DNA of 64,000 bases from Vicinamibacterales bacterium (GCA_035534615.1 DATLRO010000082.1:436-64435); one strand, 5' to 3'; shown: positions 8,473 through 19,400, numbered from the stretch's first letter. Notes: a model not told the origin generated them from the sequence alone. Program-made: numbers and translations.

Positions 8473-10271
8473 GCGACGGTTCCCTGGTGAGCGTGCTGCG
8501 CGACGGCGTCGACCACCCGCCGCGCGGTGAGCGGCAGGCCGCCGTAATCGAGCACGGGAGTCATCTGGTCGCGCGGCACGCCGGTCTCCAGCGTCAGCAG
8601 CGCGCGGAGCTGCGCGTCCCGGTTCTGCTCCACGACGAACACGGTCTTGTGCCGCCGGAGGAAGTCGGCCACCGGCGTGTCGAACGGGAACCCGCGCACG
8701 CGCATGTAGTCGACCGGGATCCCCTGGGCCTTCAGCCGGTGCACCGCCTCGAGCACGGCGCCGTGGCACCCGCCGACGGAGACGATCCCCACCTCGGCGC
8801 CGGCCTGCAGGTGGAATTCCGGCGCCGGCACGGCGCGGGCGGCGCCGCTGATCTTGCGGGCCAGCCGGTCCACGACCTCCTGGTACTCGGCCGCGTCCTC
8901 GGTGTAGTTGCCGTGCCGGTCGTGTCCCGACCCGCGCGTGAAGTACGCCCCCTTCGGATGGACGCCCGGCAGCGTGCGGGCGGCGATGCCGTCGCCGTCG
9001 ACGTCGAGGTAGCGCGAGAACTTCGCCATCCGTTCGAGCTCGGCGGCCGGGATCAGCTTCCCGCGGTCGGGCCGGTGCGCATCGTCCCACGTCAGCCGCG
9101 GCACCATCCAGTCGTTCATCCCGATGTCGAGGTCGGAGAGGACGAACACCGGCGTCTGGAACCGCTCGGCGAGGTCGAAGGCGGCGCTCGCCATGTAGAA
9201 GCATTCGCGCGGATTCGCGGGGTACAGGCAGATGTGCTTCGTATCCCCGTGCGACGCGTACGCCGTCGCCATGAAGTCGCCCTGCTGCGTCCGCGTCGGC
9301 ATGCCGGTGGAGGGCCCGGTCCGCTGGACGTCGAAGAAGACCGCCGGCACCTCGGCGTAGTACGCCAGGCCGATGAACTCCTCCATCAGCGAGATGCCCG
9401 GGCCGGCCGTCGACGTGAACGCGCGCGCGCCCGCCCAGCCGGCGCCGATCACCATGCCGGCCGCCGCCAGCTCGTCTTCGGCCTGGATGATGGCGAACTG
9501 CTTCTCGCCCGTCTGGCCGTCGACGCGGTAGCGCTCGCAGAAGTCCTTGAACGCCTCCATCAGCGACGTGGACGGCGTGATCGGGTACCACGCGCCGACC
9601 GTCGCACCGGCGAACACGCAGCCGAGGGCGGCCGCCGTGTTGCCGTCGATGACGATCGAGTCGCCCGTCGCGTCCATCCGCTTCAGGTGGAACGGCAGCG
9701 GGCAGCTGAACTGCGTCCGGGCGAACTCGTAGCCCATCTCGATGGCACGGAAGTTCGCGTCGAGCAGCGCCTTCTTCTTCGAGAACTTCTCGCGGAGCAT
9801 CTCCTCGATGACCGCCATGTCGATGTCGAGGAGCGCCGACAGCGTCCCCGTATAGACGATGTTCCGCAGCAGCGTCCGGGTCCGGTCGCCCTCGAACGCC
9901 TCCACGCACATCTGGCCGAACGGCACGCCGAGGATCGTGATGTCCTCGCGCATCAGCTCGCGATCGAGCGGCCAGCTGCCGTCGTACAGCAGGTAGCCGC
10001 CCGGCCGGACGGCCGCGACGTCCTTCGCGTAGGTCGACGTGTTGAGCGCGACGATCAGGTCGATCTGCTCGGGACGCGCCGTGTAGCCGTCCCGGCTCAC
10101 CCGGATCTCGTACCAGGTCGGCAGCCCCTGGATGTTCGACGGGAAGATGTTCTTCCCCGTCACCGGGATGCCCATCCGGAAGATCGCCTGCATCAGCAGG
10201 CCGTTCGCACTGGCCGACCCGGTGCCGTTCACCGTGGCCATCTTGAAGGCGAAGTCGTTGACGCCGCTCAT
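8469..10271 (-). CDS. korA: 2-oxoglutarate/2-oxoacid:ferredoxin oxidoreductase alpha subunit (fused gamma-alpha type)
   Basis: ORF 8469..11654 trimmed to MSGVNDFAFKMATVNGTGSASANG... (600 aa). The N-terminal part looks like a pyruvate/ketoisovalerate oxidoreductase gamma domain, followed by a pyrimidine-binding domain (AGPGISLMEEFIGLAYYAEVP). Its start overlaps the stop of the upstream flavoprotein gene. Confidence 0.9.
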   Translation of the reverse strand: MSGVNDFAFKMATVNGTGSASANGLLMQAIFRMGIPVTGKNIFPSNIQGLPTWYEIRVSRDGYTARPEQIDLIVALNTSTYAKDVAAVRPGGYLLYDGSWPLDRELMREDITILGVPFGQMCVEAFEGDRTRTLLRNIVYTGTLSALLDIDMAVIEEMLREKFSKKKALLDANFRAIEMGYEFARTQFSCPLPFHLKRMDATGDSIVIDGNTAAALGCVFAGATVGAWYPITPSTSLMEAFKDFCERYRVDGQTGEKQFAIIQAEDELAAAGMVIGAGWAGARAFTSTAGPGISLMEEFIGLAYYAEVPAVFFDVQRTGPSTGMPTRTQQGDFMATAYASHGDTKHICLYPANPRECFYMASAAFDLAERFQTPVFVLSDLDIGMNDWMVPRLTWDDAHRPDRGKLIPAAELERMAKFSRYLDVDGDGIAARTLPGVHPKGAYFTRGSGHDRHGNYTEDAAEYQEVVDRLARKISGAARAVPAPEFHLQAGAEVGIVSVGGCHGAVLEAVHRLKAQGIPVDYMRVRGFPFDTPVADFLRRHKTVFVVEQNRDAQLRALLTLETGVPRDQMTPVLDYGGLPLTARRVVDAVAQHAHQGTVA

Positions 10272-12052
10272 GACGCGCTCCGGCCCGCGTAGGCCCTGAT
10301 GAGATCGAATCGCCGCATGTCCCACGCCGCCGTCGGGCACCGCTCCGCGCACAGCCCGCAGTGCAGGCAGACGTCCTCGTCCTTCACCATCAGCCGCCGG
10401 GTCTGCGGCAGCGCCGCGGACAGGTACAACCCCTGCTGCGGATTGACCGCCGGCGCCGACAGGTGCCGGCGCACCTCCGCCTCGCCTCCGCCGTTGGGCG
10501 CCGGAACGATCGTCAGGCAGTTCACCGGGCAGACGTCGATGCACGCGTCGCACTCGATGCACAGCTTGTCGGTGAAGTGCGTCTCGATGTCGCAGTTCAG
10601 GCAGCGCTGCACTTCGTGCGCCGTCTGTTCGGGCGTGAACCCCAGCTCGACCTCCACCGCCACGTTCGCGAACCGCTTCACGAGCTCCTCGTGCTGCATC
10701 TTCGCGCGCGGCGACGGGTTGTAGTCGTTGTGGTAGCTCCAGGCGTGCATCCCCAGCTTCGCGCTGACGAGGTTCATCCCGTCGCCCGGCCGCTCGGTCA
10801 CCGGGACGCCCTGGCAGTGCTGGTGGATGGAGATCGCCGCCTGGTGGCCGTGCTCCACCGCCCAGATGATGTTCTCCGGCCCCCACGCCGCGTCGCCACC
10901 GAAGAACACGCCGGCGCGCGTCGACTGGAACGTCTTCCGATCGACGATCGGCATGTCCCACTTCGGATCGAACTCGATGCCGATGTCCCGCTCGATCCAG
11001 GGGAACGCGTTGTCCTGGCCGATCGCCAGAATCACCGCGTCGCAGGGGATCACCACCGTCTCGATCACCCGGCTCTTCTGCCGCCCGTCCTGCTCGGTCC
11101 ACTCGAGCCGCTCGAACTCCATGCCGACGAGCCTGCCGTGCTCGACCAGGAACCGCTTCGGGGCATGGTTCTCGATGATCTCGATGCCCTCTTCCTCGGC
11201 GTCCTCCAGCTCCCACGGCGAGGCCTTGAAGTACTGCCGCGACCGCCGCGCGATGACCTTGATGTCGGTCCCGCCCAGCCGCTTCGACGTGCGGCAGCAG
11301 TCCATCGCCGTGTTGCCGACGCCGATGATGAGCACCCGCGGCTCGATCTTCTCGATGTGCCCGAAATGGACGGAGCCGAGCCACTCGATGCCGATGTGCA
11401 CGGTCGGGCTGTCCCACCGGCCCGGCAGGTCGAGCTCCTTCCCTTTCGGCGCGCCGCTGCCGACGAACACGCCGTCGTACCCCTCGTCCAGCAGCGCCTT
11501 CAGGCTCTCCACCGGCGTCTCGTAGCGGATCTCCACCCCCATGTCGAGGATCGCGTCCACTTCCTCGTCCAGCACGCTCGCCGGCAGCCGGAACGCCGGG
11601 ATGTTGTACCGCATCAGCCCGCCCGCCTGGTGCAGCCGCTCGTAGATCACGCACTCATAACCGAGCGGCATCAGGTCGTTCGCCACCGTCAGCGACGCGG
11701 GCCCCGCGCCCACGAGCGCAATCCGCCGGCCGTTCTTCTCCGTGGGAATGGACGGAAGGCGATCGCGAATGTCGCCGCGCAGGTCGGACGCCACCCGCTT
11801 CAGCCGGCAGATCGCCACCGGCTTGCCGTCCACGCGCCCGCGGCGGCACGCCGGCTCGCACGGACGATCGCAGGTGCGGCCCAGGATGCCGGGAAACACG
11901 TTCGACACGCGGTTGAGCATGTACGAATCGGTATACCGGCCTTGCGCGATCAGGCGAATGTACTCGGGAACGTTCGTGTGGGCGGGGCAGGCCCACTGGC
12001 AGTCGACAACCTTATGGTAATACTGCGGATCGGAAACGTTGGTCGGTTCCAT
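10268..12052 (-). CDS. GltD/NfnB-like NAD(P)H-dependent FAD oxidoreductase fused to a C-terminal 2x[4Fe-4S] ferredoxin domain (KorC-like)
   Basis: 594 aa. N-terminal Fe-S region CQWACPAHTNVPEY...CDRPCEPAC. Two dinucleotide folds (ALVGAGPASL and LIIGVGNTAMDC). C-terminal CIECDACIDVCP and CLHCGLCAERCP. First gene of the kor operon. Confidence 0.85.
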   Translation of the reverse strand: MEPTNVSDPQYYHKVVDCQWACPAHTNVPEYIRLIAQGRYTDSYMLNRVSNVFPGILGRTCDRPCEPACRRGRVDGKPVAICRLKRVASDLRGDIRDRLPSIPTEKNGRRIALVGAGPASLTVANDLMPLGYECVIYERLHQAGGLMRYNIPAFRLPASVLDEEVDAILDMGVEIRYETPVESLKALLDEGYDGVFVGSGAPKGKELDLPGRWDSPTVHIGIEWLGSVHFGHIEKIEPRVLIIGVGNTAMDCCRTSKRLGGTDIKVIARRSRQYFKASPWELEDAEEEGIEIIENHAPKRFLVEHGRLVGMEFERLEWTEQDGRQKSRVIETVVIPCDAVILAIGQDNAFPWIERDIGIEFDPKWDMPIVDRKTFQSTRAGVFFGGDAAWGPENIIWAVEHGHQAAISIHQHCQGVPVTERPGDGMNLVSAKLGMHAWSYHNDYNPSPRAKMQHEELVKRFANVAVEVELGFTPEQTAHEVQRCLNCDIETHFTDKLCIECDACIDVCPVNCLTIVPAPNGGGEAEVRRHLSAPAVNPQQGLYLSAALPQTRRLMVKDEDVCLHCGLCAERCPTAAWDMRRFDLIRAYAGRSAS

Positions 12053-12406
12053 GTCCAGTGCGTCCTGTGGCCGTGGCGCGGTCGAGCCTCGCGGGGGCGG
12101 GGGGACCCGAATCCGGCACGCGGCCTGAACCTCTGCTCGCCCCTGACAGCATGATCCGCCTCATCAGTCGTGCCGACGACAGCCAGGATCAGCAATCCCC
12201 GGGAAGCGCAACGAGACCGACTGCGGTCCCCGGGGCGGGCCCTGCCCCATTCCCTTCATAGTACCTCTCCCGTGCGCTCCTCCGACAGCCCACCGAATCT
12301 CGCTCCGATTATCGCTGCGTTCCGGGCAATGTCAAGAGCACGAAGGGGTTTCACCCGCCATCCCGGACGGCGAACGACCGCACAGCACGCCACCTCATCA
12401 GCGGAT

Positions 12407-12441
12407 CCGGTCCCGGCCGACCGTGGGCGGGCCCGGACCGG
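12407..12441 (-). terminator. Possible terminator hairpin downstream of cysNC
   Basis: An imperfect GC-rich inverted repeat (ccggtcccggcc ... ggcccggaccgg) lies about 50 nt past the cysNC stop, in the 437-bp gap before the kor operon start. There is no clear U-tract. Coordinates are +/-2 nt. Confidence 0.2.
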
Positions 12442-12489
12442 GCGCCGGCTCGGCAGCCCGCATGGCCTGGATCGACCCGGACACGCAGG

Positions 12490-14418
12490 CTAGGAGACGG
12501 CCAGACGGGGCGCAAGGTACTCGACCAGCTGCGCCACGGCCTCCTCCAGCCCCACCGCAGACGTGTCGATGACGAGGTCGGCGTGGTCCGGCGGCTCGAA
12601 CGGCGCGGAAATTCCGGTGAATTCGCCGATCTCGCCGGCCCGCGCCCGCGCGTACAGCCGCTTGGGATCCCGCGCTTCGCAGGCCGCCAGCGGGGTGCTC
12701 AGGTACACCTCGGCGAACGGCACGTCCAGCCCCTCACGCCCGAGGATCTGCCGCGCCCGCAGCCGATCGGTCCGGGAGGGCGAAATGAAGGCGGTGATGG
12801 CGATCAGGCCCTGTTCGGCGAACAGCCGCGCGACCTCGGCGACGCGCCGGAGGTTCTCGGCGCGATCGGCCGCCGTGAACCCCAGGTCGGCGCTCAGGCC
12901 GACGCGGACATTGTCGCCGTCGAGCACGCACGCCTCCCAGCCGCGCGCGAACAGCTCGCGCTCGAGCGCGGCGGCGAGCGTCGACTTTCCGGCGCCCGAC
13001 AGCCCGGTGAACCAGACGACCGCCCCTCGGTGCCCGTGCCGGGCCTGCCGCCGCTCGCACGACACGTACCCGACCGGCCGCGTGAGGTTCGCGCTGGTGG
13101 CCGGCATGAGCGCCCCGGCCTCGTCTGCGTCGAGGACGATCCCGCCGCCGCAGACATCGAGGCCGTCGACGACGACGAAGCGGCCCAGGTGGGGGACGCG
13201 GTCGTAGGGATCGAGCACGACCGGCCGGCGGGTCCTGACGGTGATCTCGCCGACCTCGCTGGCACTCAGCCCGCCGTCCCCCGGCGCCGCCGGGCCCTCG
13301 AGCGTCGCGGCGTCGGTCACGGCGGTGATGGCCACGGCCTCGCCATCGAATTCCTGCGTGGCCAGCTTGAACCTGTACGATCGTCCGGTCCGGAACGGCT
13401 GCCGCCCGAGCCAGAACAGGCGCGCGGTGAACCGCGACGTGGTCGACGGCGCATCGTCCAGCCTCGACGCGACCTCGCCGCGGCCGAGAAACAGCTGATC
13501 GACCAGCGTGAGGCCGACCGCATCGCCCGCCACGGCCGACCGCCGCGCCGGCGCGTGCCACTGCTCGATCGTCTTCACCGTGCTCTGCTTGCCGCTCGGC
13601 AGGAACAGCAGCCGGTCGCCCACGCGCAGGGTGCCCGACTCCAGCCGGCCGGCCAGGATCCGGCGGTGGTCGAAGCGGTAGACAGCCTGCAGCGGCAGCC
13701 GCAGCGGCCGATCGACGGCCGGACGCGGCACCGTGAACGCGTCGATCAGGTCGACGATCGTGCCGCCGGCGTACCAGGGGGTCCGGGCGCTTCGCGCGGC
13801 AATGTTGTCGCCGAACCGGGCCGAGATCGGCACGACGGCGCGCGGCGTGATGCCGAGGCCGGCGAGGAAGGCGGTGTAGTCGCCCGCAATCCGCTCGAAC
13901 GCGGCCTGCGCGTACTCGACGAGGTCGAGCTTGTTGACCGCGACGGCGACCTGCTCGATGCCGAGCAGCTTGAGGAGCGTGCCGTGGCGGCGCGACTGCT
14001 CGCGGACCCCTTCCTGCGCGTCGACGATCACGATGGCGGCGTCGGCGGCGGCGGCGCCGGTCACCATGTTCTTGAGGAATTCCCGGTGGCCCGGCGCATC
14101 GATGAGCACGCACTCGCGGCGCGCCGTCCGGAACCCGACGTGGGCGGTGTCGATCGTCGCGTTCTGGTCCCGCTCGGCCTGGAGGGCGTCGGTCAGGTTC
14201 GCGAACTCGAACGGCACGCCGCGGCGCGCGGCGGCGGCGGCCAGCTGCTCGTACTTGCCGTCCGGCAGCGATCCGGTGTCGTGGAGGAGGCGGCCGATCA
14301 GCGTCGACTTTCCGTGGTCCACGTGGCCGACGACCACGAGCCGGAGCCGCTCGCCGGACGGGCCCGCAGACGAGGTCACGGCGCGGCGCGCGAGGCGCGA
14401 GGGGGACCCGGTGGCCAT
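12490..14418 (-). CDS. cysNC: Bifunctional sulfate adenylyltransferase subunit 1 / adenylylsulfate (APS) kinase (CysN-CysC fusion)
   Basis: ORF 12490..15489 trimmed to MATGSPSRL... (642 aa). GTPase motifs GHVDHGKST, DAPGH and NKLD. The C-terminal APS kinase has P-loop GLSGAGKST. The start shares 1 nt with the cysD stop (TGATG). Confidence 0.92.
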   Translation of the reverse strand: MATGSPSRLARRAVTSSAGPSGERLRLVVVGHVDHGKSTLIGRLLHDTGSLPDGKYEQLAAAAARRGVPFEFANLTDALQAERDQNATIDTAHVGFRTARRECVLIDAPGHREFLKNMVTGAAAADAAIVIVDAQEGVREQSRRHGTLLKLLGIEQVAVAVNKLDLVEYAQAAFERIAGDYTAFLAGLGITPRAVVPISARFGDNIAARSARTPWYAGGTIVDLIDAFTVPRPAVDRPLRLPLQAVYRFDHRRILAGRLESGTLRVGDRLLFLPSGKQSTVKTIEQWHAPARRSAVAGDAVGLTLVDQLFLGRGEVASRLDDAPSTTSRFTARLFWLGRQPFRTGRSYRFKLATQEFDGEAVAITAVTDAATLEGPAAPGDGGLSASEVGEITVRTRRPVVLDPYDRVPHLGRFVVVDGLDVCGGGIVLDADEAGALMPATSANLTRPVGYVSCERRQARHGHRGAVVWFTGLSGAGKSTLAAALERELFARGWEACVLDGDNVRVGLSADLGFTAADRAENLRRVAEVARLFAEQGLIAITAFISPSRTDRLRARQILGREGLDVPFAEVYLSTPLAACEARDPKRLYARARAGEIGEFTGISAPFEPPDHADLVIDTSAVGLEEAVAQLVEYLAPRLAVS

Positions 14419-15236
14419 CACATGTACCCGTCCCGCCGGAGCAGCTCGAACGCCGCCTCGGATTCCCGGTCCTGCGCGCGGCCGGCCCGCTCGGACGTCC
14501 TGGTCGTCCGCAGCTCGGCGACGATGTCGGACACGGTCCGCGCCGTCGAGGCGATCCGGCCGGTGCAGGGCGCGCAGCCGAGCGACCGGTATCGCTGCCC
14601 GGTCCCATCGTCGAAATAGAGCGGGATGATCGGCATCCGCTCGCGCTCGATGTATTCCCACACGTGCAGCTCGGTCCAGTGCAGGAGCGGGTGCACGCGG
14701 ATGTGCGTCCCCGGCGCGAAGTCGGTCTTGAACTGGTCCCAGAGCTCGGGCGGCTGATCGGTCACGTCCCACTCCATCGCCTGGTTGCGCGGCGAGAAGT
14801 ACCGCTCCTTGGCGCGCGTCGGCTCCTCGTCGCGGCGCACGCCGACGATGATGCCGGTGAACCCGTGGCGATCGATGACGCCGTGCAGCGCGTCGGTCTT
14901 GAGCGCCGAGCAGCAGGCCACCCGCGTCGCGCGCCCGGCCGGAAACGTCGCCCCGGCCGCGAGGACGGCGTCGTTGCGGCCGACGATCAGCCGCAGGTTC
15001 CACTCGCGGACCAGGCGATCGCGGTAGTCGATCATCGACGGGATCTTGTAGGTGGTGTCGATGTGAATCAGCGGGAACGGCACGTGGCCGAAGAAGGCCT
15101 TGCGCGCCAGCCAGAGCAGGACGGTCGAATCCTTGCCGATGCTCCACAGCATCGCGAGGTTCGCGAATTTGCCGAAGGCTTCGCGCAGGATGTAGACCGA
15201 TTCGTTCTCGAGCGCCGTCAGATGATCTCGTCGCAT
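14418..15236 (-). CDS. cysD: Sulfate adenylyltransferase subunit 2
   Basis: ORF 14418..15359 trimmed to [19 protein letters not shown]... (272 aa). PP-loop SIGKDS and the conserved tail ...GCAPCTG...[10 protein letters not shown]. Confidence 0.92.
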   Translation of the reverse strand: MRRDHLTALENESVYILREAFGKFANLAMLWSIGKDSTVLLWLARKAFFGHVPFPLIHIDTTYKIPSMIDYRDRLVREWNLRLIVGRNDAVLAAGATFPAGRATRVACCSALKTDALHGVIDRHGFTGIIVGVRRDEEPTRAKERYFSPRNQAMEWDVTDQPPELWDQFKTDFAPGTHIRVHPLLHWTELHVWEYIERERMPIIPLYFDDGTGQRYRSLGCAPCTGRIASTARTVSDIVAELRTTRTSERAGRAQDRESEAAFELLRRDGYM

Positions 15237-15529
15237 GGACCCAACCAGCCGACGGCCGACCGATACAGGTATCGGCCGGCCGACACCGACACCGGGCCGC
15301 GCCGGCCGCAGCCGGGGCGTCTGATGGCCCGGAAGCCTCCTCCAACACCGGGCGCACACCGGCGCGCGGCCCTGGCACAGGCCACGCCGTGCAAGCCGGA
15401 CGCCACCACCGGAGTCCGGCCACCGCCGCGGCCTCCGGCTGGTATCGCTGTTGCACAGGCTCGACGGGGTCCCAATGGCCCGGCCGCATGGCCGGGGGGC
15501 CGATCCGGGAGGATAAGGAGGCAGGAGCG
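15237..15529. promoter_or_regulatory. Divergent intergenic region between cysD and the sulfotransferase gene (promoters inferred)
   Basis: A 293-bp gap between two divergently oriented starts. A strong RBS (aaggagg) lies 6-7 nt before the sulfotransferase ATG at 15530. No specific operator was recognised. Confidence 0.3.
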
Positions 15530-16357
15530 ATGTCCTACATCTTTGTCGGCGGCGCGCAGCGGACCGGAACGACCCTGGTCCAGCTCGTGCTCTGTCAGGG
15601 GGCGGGGGTGAACCCGTTCATCCAGGAAGCCGGCTACCTCCGGCGGATCCTCGAGGCCTATGCCGAAGAGACGCATCCGGCGCGGATCCGGAACTACTTC
15701 GACTCACTCGACGATTTCCGCGAGTTCCACGGCGCGTTCGTCAGGCGCTTCCTTGAGCGGACCCGCCTCCGCCTTCCGGGAACCACGCACCTGGTCCTCA
15801 AGGAACCGACCCTGACCAGGTACTTCCCGGAGCTGCACGAGTTCCTCGGCGACGACGTCCGCTTCGTCTGCATGGTCCGCGATCCCCGGGATACGATCTG
15901 CTCCATCCTCAAGGTCGCCGAGCGCCAGGTGGCCGCGGGCGAGGCTGATCCGATTCCAGGGGATCGCGTGAAGACGCTCTGTGACTACTACCGCAATTTC
16001 TACCTGCCGATCCTGAACGACCAGCATCCCGAGCTGCTGAAGCGGATCCTGTTCGTCAGGTACGAGGATCTCGTGCTGGCGCCCGAGGCGACGATCGATG
16101 CGCTCGAACACTGGTTCGGGCTCAATCTCTCCAAAGCCCGCCACAACCCGCAGCCCGACACCGGGCGGATCGATTTCACGAGCGCGTTCGATCGGAGCTC
16201 GTCGTGGCATTCCGAGCTGTACGGAAAGCCGATCTCGGCCGACCGGATCGGCGCGTACAAGACAGCGCTGGCGCCACGGGACATCGCGGTGATCGAGAAC
16301 GATCTCGCGGCCTTCTTCAAGCTCTTCAAGTTCGAGACCGAGCTGCAGCCGACCTGA
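15530..16357 (+). CDS. PAPS-dependent sulfotransferase family protein
   Basis: ORF 15389..16357 trimmed to [17 protein letters not shown]... (275 aa). A 5'-phosphosulfate-binding P-loop-like motif (GGAQRTGTT) and a 3'-phosphate-binding motif (RDPRDTICS). Good RBS. Confidence 0.8.
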   Translation: MSYIFVGGAQRTGTTLVQLVLCQGAGVNPFIQEAGYLRRILEAYAEETHPARIRNYFDSLDDFREFHGAFVRRFLERTRLRLPGTTHLVLKEPTLTRYFPELHEFLGDDVRFVCMVRDPRDTICSILKVAERQVAAGEADPIPGDRVKTLCDYYRNFYLPILNDQHPELLKRILFVRYEDLVLAPEATIDALEHWFGLNLSKARHNPQPDTGRIDFTSAFDRSSSWHSELYGKPISADRIGAYKTALAPRDIAVIENDLAAFFKLFKFETELQPT

Positions 16358-16442
16358 CCGGCGGAACGCGCCCCTGCGCGGCGCCCCGCTCATCCGCGGC
16401 CACGGCCGGCGCAGGCCGGCCCCCCGCGGCGCCTGGGCGCCG

Positions 16443-19400
16443 TCACCGGGCTGCCCTCGTCGCGCCGAGCGGGGCCAGGCCGGCGCGGCGGGCGTCGCGG
16501 TTGAACGCCGGGACGTCGGTGTCCATGACCGTGGTGAAGGCCGTTTTCGCGGCCGCCAGCTGCTTCTCGATCATCGCGAGCACCTCGAGCGACGCATCGG
16601 TCGGCCGGTGATCGGCGTTGCCCGCCACGTCTCCCGCGCCCGTGCCGATCTCGCCGTTCAGCCAGATCAGGTTCATGTACACGCGGAAGGCCTCGGTATA
16701 GTACTTGTCGTCGCTGTTCAGGTCCTCCGGCGACAGCAGCTGCATTTCCACCGCCATCAGCTTCCGTTCGATGCCGGCCAGCAGCGTCCGCGCGGCCGGC
16801 TTCGCGGCCGTCTTCCGCTGGTCCTGGACCTGCCTGCGCAGGACCTCGAGGCGGTTGATCATGTCCACCGCCTCGTTCATGTCGTTGCGCACCCGCACCT
16901 GCGCCCTGGTCGACAGCTCGATGTCGGCATCGGACGAGGCGATGGCCGGGTCCTTGAGCACGGTGACCTGACGCGACAGCGTCACATCCCCGGCGCGCAT
17001 CCGGACCGTGTAGGTCCCCGGCGCGGCCAGCGGTCCCGCCTGGACGGCCTCTTCAATCCCCCAGTGCAGGATCGGTCGCGTCTCCTTCCCCTTGAACCGC
17101 GGCTCTTCCCAGATGTACGGGTTGTCGGCCGGCGTCGTCCGCAGCGCCACCTGGCGGGGGCTGTCGTACCGCAGGTTCCAGATCGCCTGGTTCAGCCCCG
17201 GCCGGCCGGTGACGGTGAAGCTCCGGATCACCGTGCCGCCGCCGTCGAGGATGTCGAACGTCACCGGTCCGGCATCCGCCGCGTCGAGCCGGTACAGCAG
17301 ATGGACCACGCCCCGGCGCGCCTGCCGGAAGCCTGGCCGCGGGGCGTAGAAAAACGGCCGGGCGCCGGACGGCACCTGATCGGCCTGCTCGAGCCGCGTG
17401 ATGTCCTTGAGGATGAAGAGGCCGCGCCCGTAAGTCGAGATGACGACGTCGTGGTACTCCTTCTGGACGACGATCCAGCTGACCGGCACCGCCGGCAGGC
17501 CGGCCTTGAACCGCGTCCAGTGCCCGCCGTCGTCCATCGAGTAGTAGAACGCGTGCCCCGTGCCGGCGAACAGCATGCCGCGCCGGTTCGGATTCTCGGC
17601 AATCGACATGGCGTAGTCGAGCGGATGCCCCGCCGGCAGGTTGCTGCTGATCTTCGTCCACGTCCGGCCGAAATCGGTCGTCTTGTAGAAAAACGGATTG
17701 CGGTTGTCCATCAGGCGCAGGTCGATCGCGACGTACGCCGTGGCCGCGTCGAAGGGCGACGGGGCGATCTGGCGCACGGTCCCCCAGGGCGGCAGCCCGG
17801 GCAGGTCCTTCGTGACATCGGTCCAGTGCCCGCCGCCGTCCTTCGTGTACCAGAGCTTGCCGTCGTTCGTGCCGGCCCAGATGAGCCCGCGCTGGGCCGG
17901 AGACGGCGCGATCGCATACACGACCTCGCCGTAGAACTGGCCGAGGTTGTCGCCGACGATCCCGCCGGAGGAGACCAGGCGGCTCGGATCCTGCGTGGAG
18001 AGATCCGGGCTGATCACGCGCCACGTCTGCCCTTCGTCCGATGTGCGGAAGATGACCTGGCAGCCGTAATAGACCGTGTGCGGATCGAAGGGATCGACGG
18101 CGAGCGGCGGCGTCCAGTGACAGCGGTATTTCGTGTCCTGCGGCGGCGAGTCCAGGGTGTGGATCCACGGACTCACCGATCGCGCGACCCGCGTGCGCGT
18201 GTTGTAGCGCGTCACCTCGTCGCCGTAGCAGCTCGCCCAGACGATGTTCGGATGCTTCGGGTCGGCCGGCAGCGTGAAGCCCGATTCGCACCCGCCGAGC
18301 CCGCTCTGCCAGTGACGGCCCGCGTCATCCTCGCCGTCGCCGCGCCTCCGCGCCCCCGCCGGCACGCCGGTGCCTTCGCTGACCCCCGTGAAGCCGGAGT
18401 ACGACGGGACGTTCGGCACCGGCACGGGCGCGTCGCTCGGTCCGCGCATCGTGCCGTCGTCCTGGCGGTTGCTGTAGAGCCAGTACGGCACCCGCTCGTC
18501 CACGGCGACGTGGTACATCTGGCCGATCGGCAGCTCGACATAGCGGAACGTCCGCCCGTGGTCGGCCGTGATGCCCATGCCGCTGTCGCCGGTGGCCACC
18601 CAGTGATCCGGGTTCTTCGGGTCGACCCAGATGTCGTGGCAGTCGCCGCACCCCTTGTAGCTGGCGAATGGAAAGGTGCGGCCGCCGTCCACCGACCGGT
18701 GGAACATGCTGTTGGCGACCATCACCTCGTCGGGATTGTCGGGATTGATGGCGAGCCGGATGTAGTAGCCGGCGCGGCCGATCAGCGTCCGGTCCCAGCT
18801 CACCACACGCCAGTGGCCGCCGCCGTCGTCGGAGCGCCAGAGCGAGCCCTGGGCGGCGGTCTGAATCAGCGCATAGATGCGGCTGGGGTCGGACGGCGCG
18901 ATCGCCACATCGATCTTGCCGAGCGGCGACTTCGGGAGGCCGGTGACGAGCTTCGTCCAGGTGGCGCCGCCGTCGTGCGTCATGTAGACGCCGCTGCCCG
19001 GACCGCCGCCGAGCTCGGCCCACGGGTGCATCTCCACCTGCCACATCCCCGCCACGAGCACGTTCGGATTGCGGGGGTCCATCGACAGGCCCGAGCAGCC
19101 GGTGTTCGGATCGACGAACAGCGACCGCTGCCACGTCTTCCCGCCGTCGGTCGTCTTGAAGACGCCGCGTTCCTGCTGCGGCCCGGTGGTCCGGCCGAGC
19201 GCGCACACCCATACGATGTCGGGATTGGTCGGGTTGATGAGGATCCGGCCGATGCGGCCCGTCTCGGTGAGGCCCATGTGCTGCCAGGATCCGCCGGCAT
19301 CGACCGACTTGTAGACGCCGTCGCCCATGACGTCGGCGTCGCGGATCACCCACGCCTCTCCGGTCCCGGCCCAGACGATGGCCGGATTGGAGGGGGCGAC

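Noticed and set aside
10255-10325. Apparent 1-nt disagreements between my base-by-base reading of the printed sequence and the ORF-track frames, here and near 29690-29825.
   Set aside because: These are most likely my own character-counting errors at line boundaries. The ORF-track translations are self-consistent across three overlapping frames. I therefore anchored all coordinates to the ORF track and do not claim any frameshift.
12490-15489. 5' extensions of many ORF-track entries. Examples: 1934..3424, 3994..5481, 7417..9909, 8469..11654, 12490..15489, 20787..23570, 31588..34563, 38690..40816, 42257..44317.
   Set aside because: The extensions run through the upstream gene in another frame and look non-protein-like. 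Internal ATG starts preceded by an RBS or overlapping the upstream stop (ATGA/TGATG) give proteins of canonical length.
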